A stretch of DNA of 19,223 bases from positions 1-19,223 of the forward strand of contig JAEOTB010000099.1 in assembly GCA_016840065.1 (NCBI GenBank). Direction: 5' to 3'. Source of the DNA: Candidatus Hermodarchaeota archaeon (lineage in GTDB: Archaea > Asgardarchaeota > Hermodarchaeia > Hermodarchaeales > Hermodarchaeaceae). Below the pieces are notes generated by a model, which was given only the letters and a program-made list of their open reading frames with translations, was not told where the DNA came from and made no database searches. The position numbers were made by a program, and so were the translations under genes. Positions 1-6,401 of this stretch are shown here, piece after piece (the first letter of the stretch is position 1; every line of letters starts with the position of its first letter).

Positions 1-1494
1 TGATACATAGATCGTCAGGCTTTCCTTCTGGTAGGTGACGGTGTCGTTATCTTCGAAGACTAGCTGGGCTGGAGCCGACATGTAGGTGCCCTCGGTTGTG
101 AAGGTTACCTGATAGGTGTGGGAGTAGCTTTCACCGGGAGCCAGGCTTGTGATGTTCTGGCTTAGGGAGCCGCTAAGGGTGTATCTTCCTGTGCCATCGT
201 AGAGATTCCAGGCTAGTGTGTCGTTGATGTAGATGTTGTAGAGGGTCTCATCATCCTCGTTGGTGACATTGAGGGTGACTGTTGCCGCTTCGTCCGGTGC
301 CAAGGGGTCGGGTGTGATGGTCTTTTCGATGAAGAGGCCCGGTGGGAAGTCACCGGTGAAGTTGATCACGATGTTGGGTATTGAGGGTGTTGCATGCCAG
401 GTGCTGTTCCCCCGTTCCACCGTCTCTGGGACCGTGGGTCCTGTGGAGTTGATGATGGTCATGTCCCCTGGGGTGTAGTTGTGGATTATTGTATCTGTGG
501 GGAACAAGGTTACGAACTGAAGGGCATCTAGGCTTGTGCCAAGGTCGATGGTGCCGGTGCGCCCAGTGAACTCGTTCAAGTCGAAGATTTGGGGCTCATC
601 ACCGTAGAATTTGTCTCGGTGGCTACTCACCCAGCTAGCTGTTGTCATCGCTCCAGGAACCTGTCTTGATAAGGCGCGACTGGATTCATTTGTGAAGGAT
701 GAGGGGTTGACAACGCCGTAGAGTCCGAAGCCGCCTATAGAGTCTTCAGCGAGGGTTGGTGTGCAGAGCTCAGATGTACCGTCTCTTGTGGTTCCGAGGT
801 CCGCCATGAAAGTCTGGTAGGTGTCACGGCCTTCTGTTGGTGTACCTGAGTATCCATAGGCTTCGACTCCTAAGGTCATGGTGCCGATGGTGATGGGTGG
901 AAAGCCGATTACGCGTTCATAGGAGATTCCAAGGGCGTCCTCATATTCTAGGTGGATTGTGTTGCCCCATTCCAATGTCTGTAGTGGTGAAGCATCGCCT
1001 GTAAAGAAGATCAGGATCGAGTTGGGAGGGAGAAGGCCAAGGATAGTGGTGAAGATTGTACCCATTCCTTCGCCTCCTTCATCTAGGCTGGTGTTGAACA
1101 TGACTTGGAAGAAGTAGTTTAATGAGTCTTCATATTCGCCCCATCGGAACATGGCGGCTGAGAATAGGACCTGGGAATAGTGTTCGCCTCCGGTGTCCAG
1201 TCCTCCTATCCCGTCACCAGCTGATATCAGGGCGGCTGTTAGGGCGCCGTCATAGCTTATGATGAAGGTACCCACATCAGCTTCCCCAGTAAGGTTGAGG
1301 TCCTGACGTACAAGATGTTGGGGAGATGATTGGGTGAAGGAAACAGCTTCTTGTTGTGCGGGAGCCACGGGGTGTCCTGCGGCGATGGGAGATGTGAAGC
1401 CACTCAGGAGGAAGAGGAGGCTTAGGGCAAGTATGGCTAGGGTTTGTGGGCGCAGGAGTTTTCCGGCAAAGTTGGGGGTTGGATTTGTTTTCAT
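1..1494 (-). CDS. Large secreted/cell-surface glycoprotein with a DUF11/BatD-like Ig domain; 3' end truncated by the window edge
   Basis: Absent from the ORF track, translated by hand. ATG at 1494 is preceded by GTGAGGT, and there is no in-frame stop to position 1 (at least 498 aa). Signal-peptide-like N-terminus MKTNPTPNFAGKLLRPQTLAILALSLLFLLSGFTSPIAA. The distal part LFIEKTITPDPLAPDEAATVTLNVTNEDDETLYNIYINDTL...LAPGESYSHTYQVTFTTEGTY matches the DUF11/BatD-like beta-sandwich pattern. Many N-x-S/T sequons. Confidence 0.85.
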   Translation of the reverse strand, partial: MKTNPTPNFAGKLLRPQTLAILALSLLFLLSGFTSPIAAGHPVAPAQQEAVSFTQSSPQHLVRQDLNLTGEADVGTFIISYDGALTAALISAGDGIGGLDTGGEHYSQVLFSAAMFRWGEYEDSLNYFFQVMFNTSLDEGGEGMGTIFTTILGLLPPNSILIFFTGDASPLQTLEWGNTIHLEYEDALGISYERVIGFPPITIGTMTLGVEAYGYSGTPTEGRDTYQTFMADLGTTRDGTSELCTPTLAEDSIGGFGLYGVVNPSSFTNESSRALSRQVPGAMTTASWVSSHRDKFYGDEPQIFDLNEFTGRTGTIDLGTSLDALQFVTLFPTDTIIHNYTPGDMTIINSTGPTVPETVERGNSTWHATPSIPNIVINFTGDFPPGLFIEKTITPDPLAPDEAATVTLNVTNEDDETLYNIYINDTLAWNLYDGTGRYTLSGSLSQNITSLAPGESYSHTYQVTFTTEGTYMSAPAQLVFEDNDTVTYQKESLTIYVS

Positions 1495-1521
1495 TTCTTG
1501 TTTACCTCACATTATTTGGCT

Positions 1522-2142
1522 TCACGTGTTTTCGGGTTTTTTGATGAGGCGGCCTATGAAGCCGCCGATGAAGATGCACACAATTAGGATGATGAGGTTC
1601 TTCACGCCGTTGATGATGATTGGCATGAAGGTGCTCAGGATGAGGCTCAGTATGTTGGTTGGGTCTGCCATGATATCGGGCAGGCTAGCCATGTTCTCCA
1701 TGAGCAGGCTGATGATATCACCGATGACCGGGGAGCCCAGGATATCGAACATGCTAACATCAGGGGGGATTGCTCCCAGTAAGCCTGTGAAGTCAAAGGA
1801 TCCGATGTCTGAGACCATGGGGATGATTATGTTGGCAAAGCCGAGAACCATCAGTAAGAAGGCAACCGCGAAGATAATTATACCAATGCCTATGGATCCC
1901 CAGGTGGAACGGGCGAGGAGACCAGCTACTAGCCCTACGACAACCCACAGGATTAGCACTGTGGTGTAGGCGAAGGGGTCTGCGAGAAGAATGAAGAGGA
2001 ACATGAAGGCGAAGCGGAGCCAGGACCCGAAGAAGGGAGCCAGCCAGCTTACAAGGGCATTGTATTGGGGTGGGAAAAGGTAGAAGGCAAGGACAATGGT
2101 GAGCAAGAGACCTACAGTTATTCCGATGAGCTTACGTCCCAT
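1522..2142 (-). CDS. Hypothetical integral membrane protein (about 5-6 TM), probably co-transcribed with the downstream surface protein
   Basis: ORF 1522..2313 re-started at ATG 2142 (MGRKLIGITVGLLL), which follows GAGGA and avoids overlap with the next gene. Strongly hydrophobic. 27-bp gap to the next gene. Confidence 0.75.
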   Translation of the reverse strand: MGRKLIGITVGLLLTIVLAFYLFPPQYNALVSWLAPFFGSWLRFAFMFLFILLADPFAYTTVLILWVVVGLVAGLLARSTWGSIGIGIIIFAVAFLLMVLGFANIIIPMVSDIGSFDFTGLLGAIPPDVSMFDILGSPVIGDIISLLMENMASLPDIMADPTNILSLILSTFMPIIINGVKNLIILIVCIFIGGFIGRLIKKPENT

Positions 2143-2272
2143 ATGATTCATCCTCAGGAAAATAACTTGATAGTCTCTCCTCCCAGTTCTAAGCCTATTA
2201 AGCTTACTAAGTGTTGAAGGAGTAAGTGTTCCCATTGAGACCTTCGCAGATTCGATTCCGAAATCGTTGGAG

Positions 2273-3130
2273 CTAGTTCTCGAATGGCTCTGAGATTCCA
2301 ATCCGTCCTGCAATCCTTAGCAGAAACTTCCTCCGATGCTCATCTGTGACATCAAAGAGCACAATGGCTAGCAATGATAGTATTGTGTAAAGAGGCACAA
2401 CGACTAATGTTGCCATCAACACAATTACATAACTATTTCCGTAATGTGTTGAGATTACTATTGCGGTGAAAAAGAGGGAAACAATGGTTGTGAGCCCGGC
2501 GTACCCTTTTAGGAACCCAAGGTACCACCCTCCAAGACTGTTGATTTCCAGTAATTCACCGGTTTCCTTTGCTTTCTCTTTATTGGAAACCAAGATGCTT
2601 GTATCGAGTAAACTCCAAGCGGGCGCGAATAACGCGATGGAGAGACCCATCATCACGGGCATCCATGCAATAAGGCCCAACTCGATTGTGAATGTCTGGG
2701 TAACTGCAGGGTCAACAAACAAATCGAGTATTGCTGGATAATCTATCAAGATTAAGACGATGCTAATCGCGAGTAACGCTGGAAAGAAGCCACGAAAGAA
2801 CCCTTTGAATTTATCATCTTGTGTCGATGGACGCTCTTGGATGGCGTAGACCTTCTTTCGACCGATGATGTATTTGTGAAGATAGAGATAAACTGGTCCT
2901 AAGAGGTACCCGGAAACAAGTACACCTGCAACTGTTGCTAGTGTATTGACGGTAATGAAAAGGGCAACTGACTGTCCAAGGTTTAGCGTATTCGGGATGT
3001 ACCTAATAGCTTCAGCAAGGAATGAGGTACCTGCTTGATCTGTCAATAGGATTAGAGGGAGAACTATGGTGAGAATGTAAAGAATGAGGAGTATAATTAG
3101 CGGTATCCTGTATTTCTTGAAAAACGACAC
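2273..3130 (-). CDS. Hypothetical integral membrane protein (about 6 TM)
   Basis: 285-aa ORF with GTG start after AGGTGA. Alternating hydrophobic helices and charged loops. No family recognised. Confidence 0.75.
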   Translation of the reverse strand: MSFFKKYRIPLIILLILYILTIVLPLILLTDQAGTSFLAEAIRYIPNTLNLGQSVALFITVNTLATVAGVLVSGYLLGPVYLYLHKYIIGRKKVYAIQERPSTQDDKFKGFFRGFFPALLAISIVLILIDYPAILDLFVDPAVTQTFTIELGLIAWMPVMMGLSIALFAPAWSLLDTSILVSNKEKAKETGELLEINSLGGWYLGFLKGYAGLTTIVSLFFTAIVISTHYGNSYVIVLMATLVVVPLYTILSLLAIVLFDVTDEHRRKFLLRIAGRIGISEPFEN

Positions 3131-3352
3131 AGCTTTTCACCTAACCCAGTTTGCCATACATTCACCTATATATTCTTTTGATAATGTTTGTGAGGTCCTT
3201 GTTTTACTTGTAAAGAAAGCGTAAAATGGTTTTTTACTAGAGCTAGTATGTTTCATAGATGGTAAAGATAACATTGAAATATCACGGTACATTGGAGGAT
3301 ACTCTCTCGGGAAAGAGACGGTTAACCGGAATCCGTCCACGGAGGATTTGTG

Positions 3353-3820
3353 ATGTCTGAAAAAGTAGCCAAGTTATTTATCCTGGGTGCAAGCATTTTC
3401 TTCTTTCTGAACGCCATCTTCTTCCTTTCCGCTGCTGGCACTCTCATTCCTCAAATGATATGGCTTATCGCATTTTACCAACCTATCAGTATTACATACT
3501 TTGTACTCTCCATTGGTTATGTAATCTTCATTGGAGCAGGGTTTGTTATTCTAAGTGTATTGATAGCGTTTCCCATAGTCTTAGGCTATCTACTTGGTGT
3601 TCGTTGTTATCAATGGAGAAGCGATCCAGCTTCTCACCGTGTCAGTCTAGTCTTTGTGGGAATCATCGGTTTGTTAACTCTGTCACCCGTCGCTAGTCTC
3701 CTCGCGGTTCTCGCAGCAGCAACGAGTGGTGCGCCCCTCGAATTCAATGACTTTAACCTTGCAAGGATTGAGCTAACAGAAGGGCGACTAAAAACTGGCT
3801 TTCTGACTCTTGTTGGGTGA
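3353..3820 (+). CDS. Hypothetical membrane protein (3-4 TM)
   Basis: GGAGGA at 3341 precedes GTG 3350/ATG 3353. Hydrophobic 155-aa product, followed by a hairpin and T-tract. Confidence 0.65.
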   Translation: MSEKVAKLFILGASIFFFLNAIFFLSAAGTLIPQMIWLIAFYQPISITYFVLSIGYVIFIGAGFVILSVLIAFPIVLGYLLGVRCYQWRSDPASHRVSLVFVGIIGLLTLSPVASLLAVLAAATSGAPLEFNDFNLARIELTEGRLKTGFLTLVG

Positions 3821-3864
3821 GCTAGCGAGTAGGGCACAATACGCGAAAGTATACTGCACGAAAT

Positions 3865-3888
3865 CAGAGCATCGTATCTCTGTTTTTT
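3865..3888 (+). terminator. Hairpin plus T6 terminator candidate
   Basis: CAGAG-catcgtat-CTCTG followed directly by TTTTTT, 45 nt after the stop of 3353..3820. Confidence 0.5.
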
Positions 3889-4018
3889 ATCAAGATGCTA
3901 GAAGTAGGCTATCCGCTTGGTCTTTCGTCTGACTAGCAGGTGAATCTGGTTGAGACCTTCGCGGTGAGATACTACAAAGAAACTCGTGTATTCCAAGATA
4001 GGAAGAATCGATCCTGTT

Positions 4019-4063
4019 AAAAAAAAAGGGGAGAGGAGAAGAGGCGGTGTTTACCTCTTCCTC
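4019..4063 (-). terminator. Hairpin, pyrimidine tract and T9 terminator
   Basis: Minus strand reads GGAAGAGG-taaacaccg-CCTCTTCT (stem overlaps the end of the gene, TAA in the loop), then cctctcccc and T9. Confidence 0.6.
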
Positions 4064-5616
4064 TTGCATAGTACGAATTGGTGGAGCAGAAGCAACAGCA
4101 CCGCGACGACGATTATGAGGACCCAGTGGAAAATCATTGGGAGATTGGCTGTGAAGAAAGCTGCCCAGGCAGGTGCTTCGATGGTTACCGAGAAGTCCCC
4201 AGATATCACGTTCCCAACCGAGTCGGTCACGGTGACACGGAGCCCATAGACACCAAAAGGTAGCACCACAGCAATGGAGACAACACCATCGCTGCTAACG
4301 GCGAATCCGGTGTTGTTGAGCGCCCAGGCCACGCTGAAATAGGAACTCACGTTCAGGTCATAGGCAAGGCCGATACCGTAGGGCACTGTCTGGTCGGCGG
4401 GTGCCGGGTCCCAGGCCAGGGGATATTCGGTCTTTACCAGCCAGCCGTTATAATCGTCGTATGTGGGATCAGCTGCCTCGCCTGCGGCTACGATGTCGCC
4501 GTTGCCGCTTTCCACTAGGGCATAGAATTCCTCGTTGGGAGGTCCGCCGTAGCTGCTGTTCCAGAGCATGTTACCGCTAGAGTCTGTGCGGATAAGCAAG
4601 CCGTTGTCTCTGTCCCCTATCTCATTATAGCCGGCAAGGACGAAGCCGCCTTTACTGTACTCGATTAAATCCCTGGCGCCAACGTAGTCAGGTTCATCGT
4701 AGGTCATGTTCCATAAGAGGTTGCCGCTGACGTCGGTGCGGATGAGCCATGCGGCTGTGTCAACAGCAGCGTAGCTGTAAGTCATGCCTGCGATGGCATA
4801 TCCACCATCACTGCACTCGACAATCGAATTACCCCGATCCATACCTGCGCCACCATAGGTCTGGTTCCAGAGGTGGTTGCCATCCTCGTCGGTGCGGATA
4901 AGCAGCGCATCACTAGTGTAGCCAGTGATGGCATATCCGCCTCCGGAGACCTCCACCAGGTCAGCCCCTTGCTCATTGCCTGTACCGCCGTATGTTTTAT
5001 TCCATTCCATGTACCCAAGGTAGTCTGTGTGCACCAGGTACACATCGTCATTGCCGCCACCATAACTCGTGGTAGTCGCAGCGATGGTGTACCCACCATC
5101 AGAACACGCTACAACCTGAAGTGGGTCCGTTTCGAAGTATGCGCCACCGTAGGTGCGGTTCCATACAATGTTTCCGCTGGCGTCGGTGCGGATGAGCCAT
5201 AGGTCAGCAAGGCCAGCGCCGTAGCTATAGGTCCATCCTGCGAGGATGTAGCCGTCGCTCAATGCTATTACATCGTATAGGCGGTCAGTGCCAGTGCCGC
5301 CGTAGGTCTTGTTCCAGAGGTGGTTACCGTTTGCGTCGACGCGTACGAAGTATCCGTCTTTGCGGGTGGTCTCGATTGATCCAACCATGGCAAAGCCGCC
5401 GTCGCTGCACAGCGCCATACCTTGGAACCATTGTTCGCTGGTGTTGCCGTATGTCTTGCTCCAGGTTTCTGGTGGTCCAACCGTCCGGGTCACCATTGCT
5501 GGTGTGAGCCTGTCATTGGATGCCAAAGGCAAGCTGGACTGGGTTGTATCGATTAGGGGTGCGTTACAGAGAACCACCAAAAGGATTAGAGAAGATAGAA
5601 TGAGTTTCTTATTCAT
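4051..5616 (-). CDS. Membrane-anchored cell-surface protein: 7-repeat beta-propeller, Ig-like domain and C-terminal TM anchor
   Basis: Signal peptide MNKKLILSSLILLVVLC (ATG 5616 after GTGGGGG). Seven ~50-aa repeats W(N/S)xTYGG...SDGGY.IAG...WLIRTD.xGN. Ig-like segment WDPAPADQTVPYG..LAYDLN...LRVTVTDSVGN...F.VTI. TM helix and basic tail CKRKR. Confidence 0.85.
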   Translation of the reverse strand: MNKKLILSSLILLVVLCNAPLIDTTQSSLPLASNDRLTPAMVTRTVGPPETWSKTYGNTSEQWFQGMALCSDGGFAMVGSIETTRKDGYFVRVDANGNHLWNKTYGGTGTDRLYDVIALSDGYILAGWTYSYGAGLADLWLIRTDASGNIVWNRTYGGAYFETDPLQVVACSDGGYTIAATTTSYGGGNDDVYLVHTDYLGYMEWNKTYGGTGNEQGADLVEVSGGGYAITGYTSDALLIRTDEDGNHLWNQTYGGAGMDRGNSIVECSDGGYAIAGMTYSYAAVDTAAWLIRTDVSGNLLWNMTYDEPDYVGARDLIEYSKGGFVLAGYNEIGDRDNGLLIRTDSSGNMLWNSSYGGPPNEEFYALVESGNGDIVAAGEAADPTYDDYNGWLVKTEYPLAWDPAPADQTVPYGIGLAYDLNVSSYFSVAWALNNTGFAVSSDGVVSIAVVLPFGVYGLRVTVTDSVGNVISGDFSVTIEAPAWAAFFTANLPMIFHWVLIIVVAVLLLLLHQFVLCKRKR

Positions 5617-5735
5617 ATTAGCCCCCACTGAATATTCTTCGCATATATCGGCGTGAGGGCTTTTAAGCTGTATACACTAGAGCAACGGGTCTATCGCGTA
5701 TCCTAGGACTTCTTCTCCGTCCTTGGAGTAGCTTA

Positions 5736-6254
5736 TCAGAAGAAGGCTGTTCGCTTGGTCTTGGAGGTCTTTCTTGGCCGTAGTTTCTGAAGGGCCTTTG
5801 ATGCGCGGTCCCTTACCTTCTTGTCTAGGTCCTTTAGCAGTGGGGTTAGGAGGGGTTCTGCTTTGGCGTCTCCGATCTCTTCTAGTAGTTCGATTCCCGC
5901 TATCTGGACCTTGCTTCGGGGGCTCTCGAGGAGGGGTGCGATACGGGGGATTGCCCCTGCTCCTGATGGGACTTTGGATAGATGGCGGCGTAGTGCCCTT
6001 ACGGCGTCTGCTCTGAGGCTGGAATAGTCCTTTATCGCCTGGACCAGTCCTTGGATTAGGGTGTAGTCTGCGGTGTCGGTGGGGGGCTTCTTGCTGGCAA
6101 TCTTTACCAGTGCTTCGGAGGCGCTTTTTCTCCAGTCATTTCTTTTGCAGATGCTGAGTGCCATGACTAGCTCTTCGACGTTGCCTTCTTTCTCCAGTTG
6201 GTCGAAATCCGGGCTGAACTCAGGTAACTTATCATACTTGTCGTTCAACTCCAA
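5736..6254 (-). CDS. HEAT-repeat (PBS lyase-like) protein
   Basis: LEKEGNVEELVMAL, WRKSASEALVKI, VQIAGIELLEEIGDAKAEPLLTPLLKDLDKKVRDRASKALQKL are HEAT-like helical repeats. TTG start. Basic tail. Confidence 0.8.
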   Translation of the reverse strand: MELNDKYDKLPEFSPDFDQLEKEGNVEELVMALSICKRNDWRKSASEALVKIASKKPPTDTADYTLIQGLVQAIKDYSSLRADAVRALRRHLSKVPSGAGAIPRIAPLLESPRSKVQIAGIELLEEIGDAKAEPLLTPLLKDLDKKVRDRASKALQKLRPRKTSKTKRTAFF

Positions 6255-6282
6255 TCACCCTAATTTAACGCCTAAGTTCTAC

Positions 6283-6296
6283 GGTTAAAAACTTGT
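6283..6296 (-). promoter_or_regulatory. TATA-box-like promoter of the HEAT gene
   Basis: Minus strand ACAAGTTTTTAACC about 30 nt upstream of TTG 6254, typical archaeal spacing. Confidence 0.45.
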
Positions 6297-6333
6297 GGGA
6301 ATGAAATTGGAAGTATATTCCATTATGATAGGG

Positions 6334-6361
6334 AAAAAAAGAGGAGGGGTTCGCGGAACCC
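6334..6361 (-). terminator. Hairpin, CTCCTC and T7 terminator of the UPF0182 gene
   Basis: Minus strand GGGTTC-cgc-GAACCC (perfect 6-bp stem), then CTCCTC-TTTTTTT. Confidence 0.65.
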
Positions 6362-6401
6362 AGCACGAGGGCTTAGATTACGCGAACATGTCCAAGGGAA
6401 G

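Noticed and set aside
1334-1969. 211-aa Met-rich + strand ORF
   Set aside because: Antisense shadow of two well-supported minus-strand genes. Its composition reflects the reverse complement of Ile/Leu/Phe codons.
2143-2313. 57-aa N-terminal extension of the 263-aa ORF
   Set aside because: It overlaps the upstream gene and spans promoter-like sequence. A better RBS and ATG exist at 2142.
3259-3360. 33-aa ORF MVKITLKYHGTLEDTLSGK..., superficially like a MoaD/ThiS N-terminus
   Set aside because: Too short, no C-terminal Gly-Gly, no RBS, and it overlaps the next start.
4420-5465. DNA-level recurring words (gtcggtgcggat, ttccagaggtggtt) as a CRISPR or DGR repeat
   Set aside because: They are explained by protein repeats within an intact ORF, with no spacers, cas genes or reverse transcriptase.
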